A stretch of 64,000 nt of DNA from Candidatus Cloacimonadales bacterium (GTDB lineage Bacteria > Cloacimonadota > Cloacimonadia > Cloacimonadales > JAIOQZ01), in contig OY771587.1 of NCBI GenBank assembly GCA_963674825.1, positions 2,944,001-3,008,000 of the forward strand. Direction: 5' to 3'. The stretch's first letter is position 1. Each line of letters starts with the position of its first letter. The position numbers and the translations under genes were made by a program. The notes under the pieces are model-generated. The model made no database searches, was not told the DNA's origin, and saw only the letters and a list, made by a program, of their open reading frames with translations. Shown piece after piece: positions 28,504-37,128 of the stretch.

Positions 28504-29940
28504 ATGTCGAAACAGGTACGGGTACGATTCGCGCCCAGTCCAACCGGAATGCTGCACTTGGGCGGCTTGAGAACAGCGCTTTACGACTACGTTTTCGCGG
28601 CCCACAACAACGGTAAATTCATACTGCGCATCGAAGATACGGATCGCTCGCGGTTCGTGGAAGGCGCATTTGAGAACCTCGTCGATACGCTGGCGGATAT
28701 GGGATTGTCGTACGACGAAGGTCCGCTCAAGGGCGGTCCGTACGCGCCTTATGTGCAGTCGGAACGACTGGACATCTACCGGAAAGTAGCCGATCAGCTC
28801 GTCGAGCAGGGCGACGCCTATCCGTGCTTCTGCAGCAAGGAACGCCTGGAAGAGGTTCGCGCCGGACAGCAGGAACGCAAAGAGCACATCAAGTACGACG
28901 GCCACTGCCGCAACCTCACCAAAGAGGAGGCGCAGCGCCGCATCGATAACGGCGAAGAGCATGTCATCCGGCTGAAGATGCCGGAGGAAGGCTCGTATAA
29001 ATTCAGCGATCTGATCCGCGGCGAAGTTAGCATCGAGGCTGCACAGATCGACGATCAGGTCATCATCAAGTCCGATGGATTCCCGACCTACCACCTTGCG
29101 GCGATGGTCGATGACCACCTGATGGAAATCTCGCACGTTCTGCGTGGGGAAGAATGGCTCCCAAGTACGCCCAAGCACATCCAGATTTACCGCGCTATGG
29201 GCTGGGAAGAACCGATTTGGGTGCATCTTCCGCTCATCCTCAGCACCGAGAAAGGCAAGCTGAGCAAGCGTCACGGCGATTTCTCCGTGGGCGCGTTCGT
29301 GAAGAAGGGCTTCCTCAAAGAAGCGCTGATCAACTTCGTTGCGCTCCTGGGCTGGCATCCGTCGGAAGACAGAGAGATCTTCAGCCTGGAAGAGATGGTG
29401 CAAGACTTCTCGTTCGAGAAGGTGAACAAAGCCGGCGCGGTGTTCGATATGACCAAGCTGGAATGGATGAACGGCATGTACATGCGCAGCATTCCACTGG
29501 AATCACTCACCGAACGCGCACGGGAATGGTTTGTGGATGCCGGTATCGACCCGGGAACGGACGAGAAGCTCGCCAGTGTACTGGACACCGCGCGCGACTA
29601 TGCCACACTGATGCCGGAGCTGGTTGAACACGGTCGTATTTACTACGAGAAACCCGAATTCGACGATGAAAAGCTGGAAGTTCTTCGCAGCGAAGACTCG
29701 AAGAAGGTTTGCAGGTATATGATCGAGCAACTGTCACAAAAAGACGACTGGACGAAAGACGAAGTTGCGGAGATGGTCAAAGGTGGCATGAAAGCGCTCG
29801 AGCTCAAAGGCAAGGCCTATTATCCGCCGATCCGACTTTCGCTTATTGGTAAGCAACATGGGCCGGATATTCCGCGCATCGTTCATAGCCTCGGGTTGGA
29901 TGAGACCATCCGACGTTTCGAATACGCGTTGAATGTATAG
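28504..29940 (+). CDS. gltX: Glutamate-tRNA ligase
   Basis: RFAPSPTG.LHLGG, LRIEDTD, PYVQSER, HVLRGEEW, KLSKR. Confidence 0.97.
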   Translation: MSKQVRVRFAPSPTGMLHLGGLRTALYDYVFAAHNNGKFILRIEDTDRSRFVEGAFENLVDTLADMGLSYDEGPLKGGPYAPYVQSERLDIYRKVADQLVEQGDAYPCFCSKERLEEVRAGQQERKEHIKYDGHCRNLTKEEAQRRIDNGEEHVIRLKMPEEGSYKFSDLIRGEVSIEAAQIDDQVIIKSDGFPTYHLAAMVDDHLMEISHVLRGEEWLPSTPKHIQIYRAMGWEEPIWVHLPLILSTEKGKLSKRHGDFSVGAFVKKGFLKEALINFVALLGWHPSEDREIFSLEEMVQDFSFEKVNKAGAVFDMTKLEWMNGMYMRSIPLESLTERAREWFVDAGIDPGTDEKLASVLDTARDYATLMPELVEHGRIYYEKPEFDDEKLEVLRSEDSKKVCRYMIEQLSQKDDWTKDEVAEMVKGGMKALELKGKAYYPPIRLSLIGKQHGPDIPRIVHSLGLDETIRRFEYALNV

Positions 29941-29988
29941 CGTTTGATGTAAGATTGAAGGTAATGATTACTCAATAAAGGAGATACC

Positions 29989-30594
29989 ATGCATTTTAGA
30001 AGACTCATCGGTAAAAAAGTGTACCTTTCTCCATTGGATCCGAGTGACGCCGAAAAGTACACCGAATGGATCAATGATGCCGAGGTGCTGCAATTCCTCG
30101 CGATCAACCACAAGATTTACAACCTCGGTGTCGAACAAGACATCCTTGAGGAAAAAGCTCTGAATCAGGAACCGGCTTTCTCTATCGTCGATGCCACAAC
30201 CGAGAAGCTGATCGGAAGCTGCGATCTGCACCACGTCGATTACATCAACGGTACTGCCGAGATGGGCATCATGATTGGCGACAAGAACTATTGGAATCGC
30301 GGTTTCGGCGTAGATGCAACCAATCTTCTGCTTGATTACGCCTTTAACGTGCTCAACCTGACCAACGTGATGGTAATGGTCGATGGCTTCAACGAACGCG
30401 CACTGCGCTGCTTCGAGAAGGTGGGATTTAACCAGATCGGCAGCCGTCGTTCCGCCAAGAACCTCGCCGGGAAGTCCTACGACGTGATCTATCTCGACAT
30501 CCTCTCGGAAGGATTCGAGAGTCCGTTTGTCGTGAAAACCATCGAGAAGACGCTGAGCAAGCATAGCGGCGAGACGCTTCAGATTCTGGCCTGA
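29989..30594 (+). CDS. GNAT (RimJ/RimL-like) N-acetyltransferase
   Basis: AEMGIMIG...WNRGFG, N.RA..CFEKVGF. Confidence 0.88.
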   Translation: MHFRRLIGKKVYLSPLDPSDAEKYTEWINDAEVLQFLAINHKIYNLGVEQDILEEKALNQEPAFSIVDATTEKLIGSCDLHHVDYINGTAEMGIMIGDKNYWNRGFGVDATNLLLDYAFNVLNLTNVMVMVDGFNERALRCFEKVGFNQIGSRRSAKNLAGKSYDVIYLDILSEGFESPFVVKTIEKTLSKHSGETLQILA

Positions 30595-30600
30595 TAACCA

Positions 30601-31734
30601 ATGTCCCTTTTCGATCGCATACACGGGCAGGATCGAGCACTCTCGATCCTGCGGCATGCCGTGAAGGAGAACCGTTTTGCCCAAAGCTATCTCTTTCACG
30701 GTCCCCGCGGTGTGGGGAAAGTAACCAGCGCACTCTATTTCGGAATGGCGCTGAACTGCCTCTCTACGCGCGATAAGCGGCCATGTGGCACCTGCTCGTC
30801 GTGTAAAAAGTTTCTCTCCTTCTCGCACCCCGATTTCATCTACATCTTCCCGACGCCCAACCTGAACATCACGCCCGAAGGAGAGATCAAGAACACGAAA
30901 CTGCTGGCTGAATACCAGGCGTATATCGATAACCGTCGAGACACTCCGTGGAAGGAGTTTTTCTTTTCCAGCAACGTGGAGATCCGGCGCGATATGATCC
31001 TGATGCTTCAGCACTGGATCAGCATGTCGCCAAACGAAAGCCGCTACAAAATCTACATCATCGAGAACGCCGAGTTGCTCAACATCTCCGCCTCGAACAC
31101 ATTCCTGAAAACGCTTGAAGAGCCACCACCGGATACGGTGATCATTCTCACCACGACCAAGCCCGATTCGCTCCTGCCCACGATTCGTTCCCGCTGCCAG
31201 AAGATCGCCTTCCAGTCGGTTCCCAGAACCAATGTGGAGAAGATCCTGCAAAGCGAACGAGCGTTGGACAGCGTCGAGGCCAAGACTTATGCACGCATTG
31301 CCAACGGTGATGTGGAGAAAGCGCTTCAGTTGATCGAGGACGGCGGTATCGAGCTGCGGAAGATATCCCTTGATTTCATGGAGATCCTCGCAGCGAACGA
31401 CGACCTCGCCATGATCGATTTCCTGCGGCACCAACGCACAAAGCTCACGCAGGGCGCGCTGATCGACTTCATTTCCTACGTCAATCTATGGCTCGGTGAT
31501 ATCGCCTACTACAAGAACAATCCATCCGATATCGCCAACATCGATAAATCGGAGCTCTTCGATTTCTTCTATCGCAAGCAGCACGATGTCGATGAAAAGA
31601 TCAGCGTGATGGTAAAGGATCTCGATGAGCTCAAACGACGCGTCGAGGGTCATGTCAATCCGACGCTGATACTGACAGAGCTCTACCAATACCTGAGCCG
31701 GCAGTTCGGCTTTCATCGGGAGGCAGGTCAATGA
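30601..31734 (+). CDS. holB: DNA polymerase III delta' subunit
   Basis: YLFHGPRGVGK, PCGTCSSC, HPDF, LKTLEEPP, LLPTIRSRC. Confidence 0.92.
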   Translation: MSLFDRIHGQDRALSILRHAVKENRFAQSYLFHGPRGVGKVTSALYFGMALNCLSTRDKRPCGTCSSCKKFLSFSHPDFIYIFPTPNLNITPEGEIKNTKLLAEYQAYIDNRRDTPWKEFFFSSNVEIRRDMILMLQHWISMSPNESRYKIYIIENAELLNISASNTFLKTLEEPPPDTVIILTTTKPDSLLPTIRSRCQKIAFQSVPRTNVEKILQSERALDSVEAKTYARIANGDVEKALQLIEDGGIELRKISLDFMEILAANDDLAMIDFLRHQRTKLTQGALIDFISYVNLWLGDIAYYKNNPSDIANIDKSELFDFFYRKQHDVDEKISVMVKDLDELKRRVEGHVNPTLILTELYQYLSRQFGFHREAGQ

Positions 31735-32126
31735 CAGAAGTACGGTTAGTCGATATCAAAGAAGGGATGATCCTGGCGAAGGATATCTACACGCCGAAAG
31801 GCAAGATTCTGCTGCGGCACGGCTCGCGTCTGATGGATTACAGGGAGATGCTTTCGGCGCTTAACATTAAGCGCGTACTTGTCTTCGAAGAAGGCGACGA
31901 GGATATACCCGATACGATTCCCGAAGAAGATCGGAATGTGTTGTCACGCATGGTGATTCGGGATGTGGAGCAGGTCTTCAAATATTGCAAATACGATCCG
32001 TACATGGAAAAACTGATGGATGTCGTGATCGATCACCTCATTCAAGAACGTTGGGAGCATGGAGAGACAAGAATTTTTGAACCGGTTGAACCTGATCCAT
32101 CAGGAGCAACAGGACTATTTGGCTAA
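31731..32126 (+). CDS. Small protein resembling the N-terminal accessory domain of HD-GYP/HDOD signalling proteins
   Basis: I.EGMILAKDIY...G.ILLR.G..L motif; overlaps holB and the HDOD gene. Confidence 0.6.
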   Translation: MTEVRLVDIKEGMILAKDIYTPKGKILLRHGSRLMDYREMLSALNIKRVLVFEEGDEDIPDTIPEEDRNVLSRMVIRDVEQVFKYCKYDPYMEKLMDVVIDHLIQERWEHGETRIFEPVEPDPSGATGLFG

Positions 32127-32922
32127 AACAGCCGCACTGATCGAATTCAAACACCTGATTCGCAAGCCTACTGTCAACGCAGTCGAGATCGTGGAGTGTC
32201 TGGAGAAGGACACCTCGCTGGTCGCGGAACTGCTGCGGAAATCCAATGCGCCGGTCTATGGCCTGGTCAAGAAGGTCAAGACTATCCAGCAGGCGATCGC
32301 GGTAATCGGCCTGGATCAAGTGACGCAGATTTTCACCATGGATATTATGCAGAAGGTGCTTTTCCCCGAGCGACCCACGCAGCAGTGCCAGGACCTCTGG
32401 AAGCATTCGGTCGCTGTGGCGGTGGCTTCGCGCTATCTGGCATCATTGACCATCAAGAAGCGCTATTGGGAAGAGTATTTCCTGGCCGGGTTGCTGCATG
32501 ATGTAGGCAAGTTTATTCTCATCAAACACTTGCCCGATATCAATTCGGCAATAGAGCGCGAAATGGACCGTAATCCCGAGATGCGGCTGCTCGTCGCGGA
32601 AAACAACGTGATGTCCATGACTCACCAGGAGGTGGGCGCGTTTTTCGCGGAACAGTGGAATTTCCCGGACTACCTTGTCTCCGCGATCCGACACCATCAT
32701 TTCTTTGAGCTGGCGCGGTCGGATAAGCAGGTAGTAGCCGCTATTACAGCCGGAAACAACATCGCCAAGGCCATGATGATCGGCGAATCCGGCAATCGTT
32801 ACGTCGAGCCGTTACCCCGTTGGGTATGGCAGATGCTTGGTATTTCGCCAAAAGATTTCGATATGGTCGTTCGGATGGTGTATCGCCAGTTCAACGGCGT
32901 CATGAACATGTTCGAGTATTGA
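32059..32922 (+). CDS. HDOD domain protein
   Basis: D.SL...LLR.SN..YG, I.QAI..IG, WKHS, AGLLHDVGK, H.EVG....QWNFP, IRHHH. Confidence 0.9.
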   Translation: MERQEFLNRLNLIHQEQQDYLAKTAALIEFKHLIRKPTVNAVEIVECLEKDTSLVAELLRKSNAPVYGLVKKVKTIQQAIAVIGLDQVTQIFTMDIMQKVLFPERPTQQCQDLWKHSVAVAVASRYLASLTIKKRYWEEYFLAGLLHDVGKFILIKHLPDINSAIEREMDRNPEMRLLVAENNVMSMTHQEVGAFFAEQWNFPDYLVSAIRHHHFFELARSDKQVVAAITAGNNIAKAMMIGESGNRYVEPLPRWVWQMLGISPKDFDMVVRMVYRQFNGVMNMFEY

Positions 32923-32956
32923 TCCCTCTGGTTACGCAGGCGACTCGTCCATATCA

Positions 32957-32992
32957 CTAATCCTAACCTTCGCCCTTTTCTCAGGGAGAGGG
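32957..32992 (+). repeat. Degenerate REP-like palindrome between convergent genes
   Basis: ctaatcctaaccttcgcccttttctcagggagaggg. Confidence 0.4.
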
Positions 32993-33013
32993 TCGGTTCG
33001 ACGAAGGAGAACC

Positions 33014-34609
33014 CTATTTCATCAGCGTCACCTTTTTCGTCTGGATGACATGACCATCCATCTTGAGCTTACAGAAGTAGATTCCGCTCGCTTTGTCTTT
33101 CGGTTTCCAGGTTACGGTTTCACCGGCATGATCGACCGCAATCGTTTCCACCTTTTGCCCTCGTATATTATAGATTTCTATCGTCAAATTGTGGTATTCG
33201 GTATCCGTCTTGATCTCGAACGATATCTCCGGGTTGAACGGATTCGGGTAGGCATTAAAAGTAATATCTGAAGATGGAACTGACTCGTCGCTCGTATCAT
33301 CGGTATCCACCTCTTCAAGATCCTCATGTCCGCCGTAAACGTACACATGCCCCCAGTTCCAATAAGCGTTCCCGCCATCTCCATATGCTCCCACGGCGAT
33401 ATCATCGAACCCGTCGTTATCGAAATCGCCAACGGCATGAGAACGGGAGGTTCCAAAACCGTCCTGTCCGTTTCCTCGATTAAAATCCCATGTCCCATTT
33501 TGATCGCCCAGGTAGAAATATAGATATCCGCCTGCTCCTGACGCTGGATAATGGTATGGTTTAATGATGTCTCCCTTGCCGTCTCCATTCAGATCACCGA
33601 ATGATGGCATCAGGTCAGAATAATACTCGATATAACCGTACCAATCCCAGTGGATGGTTTCGCCACCTCTCCATAAGGGGCAACCGATCGCAGTCATCGA
33701 TTCCTCGTCCACATCATACCCCGAGATCACGAAATCATCATAGCCATCGCCATCCCAGTCTCCGGCAGGCCACAACTCATACCACAGATTCGGCAATACG
33801 AGAAACTCCAGCTCATAATCCGGCGTCGTAGTTTGCGTCGGACCTCCATAGAAGAAGCGATTGTAATGGCGATAACGGGTTCCATCCCAGTCGAGTTCGT
33901 AATAGTAGTTGAAGTCGTCGTAGCCGTCACCGTTTACATCTCCTAAGCCGCGGAATCCCTTTCCATTCCGCGTGTAGAGGGAATCCACGAACGGTACCCT
34001 TTCGAAGCTCCCGCCATAGACGATGGAATAGGATAGTGTATCGGCACGATCTTCCGTAATTCCCGCATCGTCGTAGCCATCACCGTTGATGTCGCCGAGG
34101 GGATTGATTGCTCGATCGGATGTACTATGTAAATACCAGTAGTCAGGAATCGTATCATTTATCGTGTTACCTAGTAAAATCCCCGTATAAAAGCAATATT
34201 GGTAATCCCCATTGTTAATTGCATAGCTATAACTAAATCCTAAATCGTCACAGTTATCACCATTCATATCACCAAGATTCTGAATATCTCTCCACAATTC
34301 AATGTACACTTTACTTGTATCAATGGGGGTAGAAATTGTAAGATCTGGTACGCTAGATAATCCATCGTCTGAGCCAAAATAAACATATAGCTTACCACGG
34401 TAGTAATGTATTTCTTCGTCAAGATAATATCTTCGAGCACTCACCGCCAAATCATCGATGCCGTCACCATTGAAATCTAGCGCAATAACATAGTAGCCGT
34501 AATCGTCACAGGCTTGTTCGCCTTGCTGTTCCCACACTACGTTCATAAAATTGGTGCTGTATAACAATGCGCTCATGGCGAGTAAAATCAATAAATGTAG
34601 ATATCGCAT
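33014..34609 (-). CDS. Secreted FG-GAP (integrin-alpha-like) repeat protein with T9SS/FlgD-like CTD
   Basis: Signal peptide; seven D.NGDG.DD-type repeats; CTD AYPNPFNP..IYNIRGQKV..KKVTLMK; GGAGG RBS. Confidence 0.88.
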   Translation of the reverse strand: MRYLHLLILLAMSALLYSTNFMNVVWEQQGEQACDDYGYYVIALDFNGDGIDDLAVSARRYYLDEEIHYYRGKLYVYFGSDDGLSSVPDLTISTPIDTSKVYIELWRDIQNLGDMNGDNCDDLGFSYSYAINNGDYQYCFYTGILLGNTINDTIPDYWYLHSTSDRAINPLGDINGDGYDDAGITEDRADTLSYSIVYGGSFERVPFVDSLYTRNGKGFRGLGDVNGDGYDDFNYYYELDWDGTRYRHYNRFFYGGPTQTTTPDYELEFLVLPNLWYELWPAGDWDGDGYDDFVISGYDVDEESMTAIGCPLWRGGETIHWDWYGYIEYYSDLMPSFGDLNGDGKGDIIKPYHYPASGAGGYLYFYLGDQNGTWDFNRGNGQDGFGTSRSHAVGDFDNDGFDDIAVGAYGDGGNAYWNWGHVYVYGGHEDLEEVDTDDTSDESVPSSDITFNAYPNPFNPEISFEIKTDTEYHNLTIEIYNIRGQKVETIAVDHAGETVTWKPKDKASGIYFCKLKMDGHVIQTKKVTLMK

Positions 34610-34696
34610 GGTTGCCCTCCCATATGAGAAAGAGTCATGAGATTGTCGAGGATGCGTCAAGGAAAATAGTGACAAGAAGTGGAAAGTACCGGGCAT

Positions 34697-34723
34697 AAAA
34701 AAAGCTGCCGGAATGGCAGCTTT
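34697..34723 (-). terminator. Rho-independent terminator of the che-like operon
   Basis: aaaaaaagctgcc-ggaat-ggcagcttt. Confidence 0.75.
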
Positions 34724-34740
34724 GAATAATCAAAAGGTTT

Positions 34741-35160
34741 CTATACTTCTTTGAACATGATTTTCATGGGTTGATTTCGATAGAAGATCATCTCCGATTC
34801 GAAATCGGGAGCATCCTGTTTCATCTCTTCGAATGGTACCGTCTTTGGGAAGGGCAGGAGCTTCGCGTGATGGGGATAGAGCTTGCCGATGAAGTTTCCG
34901 CCGATCATGTTAACGATTTCCTGAAGGCAGTCGGCGATGTCGTCCGTGGTGGGTTCATCGGGCAGGCCAAGGAAATTGACGGTCAGCTCGGTAGCGAGGT
35001 CTTTCCCGAGCAGGAGTCTGAACTGGAAAGCGTCGTCGTCGAACCGTGTGCAGAAACGGTAGGATTCGATAATTTCATCGGGTGGGGTTTCTTCAACCAG
35101 GAAGAACATCTCTTCGAGGATGTTAGAAATCGTATCCCTCAAAACTTTCATCTTCTTCAT
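34741..35160 (-). CDS. CheX-like phosphatase
   Basis: LEEMFF, LA..L..NFLG, D.L.EIVNMIGGN (ExxN); start chosen from AGGAG spacing. Confidence 0.7.
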   Translation of the reverse strand: MKKMKVLRDTISNILEEMFFLVEETPPDEIIESYRFCTRFDDDAFQFRLLLGKDLATELTVNFLGLPDEPTTDDIADCLQEIVNMIGGNFIGKLYPHHAKLLPFPKTVPFEEMKQDAPDFESEMIFYRNQPMKIMFKEV

Positions 35161-35548
35161 CGAGTGCATCTCCTATATCTAATAGCCTTGTGAGGTATTC
35201 GCGAACCTCTTCGGGTCTGAACGGTTTGTGCAGCAGTCCAGCTACCTTGTCTCCCAATACATCGAGAATTTCGTCGCTTCTGGTTTCCGATGTGATCACC
35301 ACGATTGGAGTGTACTTGAACATATCGTTCTTTCGCACTTCGTTGACAAAGGTGAACCCGTCCATTTCGGGCATATTGATGTCGGTGAAGATCATATCGA
35401 CCCAATTTCCGGCGAGAACATCCAGTCCTTCGATACCGTTGCCGGCTTCCAGAAAGTCAACGTCTCCGATATGACACATACGGATGACTTTTATCATTAC
35501 TTTTCGAAGCGAACGCGAGTCATCTACTATCAGCAGCTTCAATGACAT
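35123..35548 (-). CDS. CheY-like single-domain response regulator
   Basis: IVDDS, DINMPEMDG, ITS, KPF; acidic C-terminal tail. Confidence 0.92.
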   Translation of the reverse strand: MSLKLLIVDDSRSLRKVMIKVIRMCHIGDVDFLEAGNGIEGLDVLAGNWVDMIFTDINMPEMDGFTFVNEVRKNDMFKYTPIVVITSETRSDEILDVLGDKVAGLLHKPFRPEEVREYLTRLLDIGDALDEEDESFEGYDF

Positions 35549-35560
35549 ACGAATAATCTC

Positions 35561-36400
35561 CTAAAGAGTTAAATTTTCAACCAGGTCTTTTATTTTATCG
35601 ACCGAACCTGAGATGATCTGGTCCAGTTCGCGGCTTTTGATGTTATACTTGAGCAGGAGTTGCTCATAGCCCGAATACGCCAGAGAATCGCGCGTCGAGA
35701 GCTTGCCGATCAAAAACGCGATGTAGTCTGCGAGCGCAACGATATAGACGTAAGGGCTATTGCTCCGGTCCGGATTGTGATGGAATTTCGCGACGTCCGT
35801 GATGACTTTGCTGAAGTTCCATTTCTTCAGGATCGCGGAACCGACGACCGGGTGCGTGAATCCGATGATTTTACGCTCGGCCGTGGTGAAGTCGATACTT
35901 GTCTCCTGAACAAGTGTTATTATTTTCTCGAACTCATCCGATACGTACTGGCTCATAATAATCTTTCCGATATCGTGGAGCAGTGCGGCAGTAAAAAGTA
36001 TCGCGGGATCGAGGTTTGGTTCGTATTTACGCAGTTCTTCGGCGATGGTCGCCACTGAGAGCGAGTGCTCCCATATCTCACCTTGCAGCGATTCGTAGCC
36101 GGGAAGGTATTTCTCGAAATACTTCCTGGCGGCGGAAATCATGATGATGGATGTCATCTGGTTTACGCCCAGATAGCTGATAGCCGTCTGCAGATCGTTA
36201 ATCTCGCTGCTCTTGGTGTAAGCGGCAGAATTAACGACCTTGAGGATGTTCGCCGTGAGCGATGGATCGTATTTGATCAGATCAGTAAGCTCGCGAACGC
36301 TGAAATCCTCGTTGCGGATGATGGTCATAGCTTTCTGCGCGACTTTGCTGAAAGGAGGAAGATATTCAATATCCGCAACAATGTCAGACATCTTTATCAT
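35561..36400 (-). CDS. HDOD domain protein
   Basis: LPPF, IKYDPSLTANILKVVNSA, WEHS, ALLHDIGK, HP.VG..IL.KWNF, HH. Confidence 0.92.
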   Translation of the reverse strand: MIKMSDIVADIEYLPPFSKVAQKAMTIIRNEDFSVRELTDLIKYDPSLTANILKVVNSAAYTKSSEINDLQTAISYLGVNQMTSIIMISAARKYFEKYLPGYESLQGEIWEHSLSVATIAEELRKYEPNLDPAILFTAALLHDIGKIIMSQYVSDEFEKIITLVQETSIDFTTAERKIIGFTHPVVGSAILKKWNFSKVITDVAKFHHNPDRSNSPYVYIVALADYIAFLIGKLSTRDSLAYSGYEQLLLKYNIKSRELDQIISGSVDKIKDLVENLTL

Positions 36401-36879
36401 ATCTCATACTCCTCGGACGAATTGGAAATCACGCATCGGCCTGTCTCGACATAAAGTCTAACGGTACGGCTCTTGGAGCCGCCAACATCCTCGGCTGTAA
36501 TCATGATGTTATTTCGCCACAGTATTTTACGGACAGCTGCGTAATTCCGCTCCCCGATATTGAAAAACTTGTTCTTATCCATAACGTTGCTACCGCCGAT
36601 CACCTTGACAATCACGCGATTGCGCTTTGCACCAAGGCCGAATAATGATTTGAACAACAGCGGAACTCCGGTATCGACATATTTGAAAGGAACAAGGTTT
36701 TCACGATCGCGCTCGATGGACGAATCCGGCAACATCACATGAATCATTCCACCGACCTTCTGCACGGGATCGTACAGAACGACAGCCACACAAGAACCGA
36801 GTGAATAGGTGACGATTGTATCTTCTGGCTTGTCTGAAACCTTCATGTCGGCGATATTGACTACAACATATTTAGCCAT
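36397..36879 (-). CDS. cheD: CheD glutamine deamidase
   Basis: TYSLGSCVAV, GGMIHVMLP, KYVD, GG...IGERN, EDVGG..SR. Confidence 0.93.
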   Translation of the reverse strand: MAKYVVVNIADMKVSDKPEDTIVTYSLGSCVAVVLYDPVQKVGGMIHVMLPDSSIERDRENLVPFKYVDTGVPLLFKSLFGLGAKRNRVIVKVIGGSNVMDKNKFFNIGERNYAAVRKILWRNNIMITAEDVGGSKSRTVRLYVETGRCVISNSSEEYEI

Positions 36880-37128
36880 ACTTTGTCCTGACAATTATTT
36901 CCGGCAACTGGAATCCCGTATCATACCTCTCAGCCAGTCACCGCCTCATTTACGTTTTGTCAACGGGAAAGAGGTTTGTAAAGCTTTTTTTTTACATTAT
37001 ACTGCTGTTCCCGGGAAAAACCATTTTTTTTGAATTAAATCCATTCGTGAAAACTTACAAAAAAGGAAAAACTTGATTGGTTTGGATTGATGTAGTACTA
37101 TGGATTATCAACAAGATTGGAGGTTGAG

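Noticed and set aside
28489..31434. Long antisense ORFs (304 aa and 488 aa)
   Set aside because: Shadows of gltX, the GNAT gene and holB; no motifs of their own
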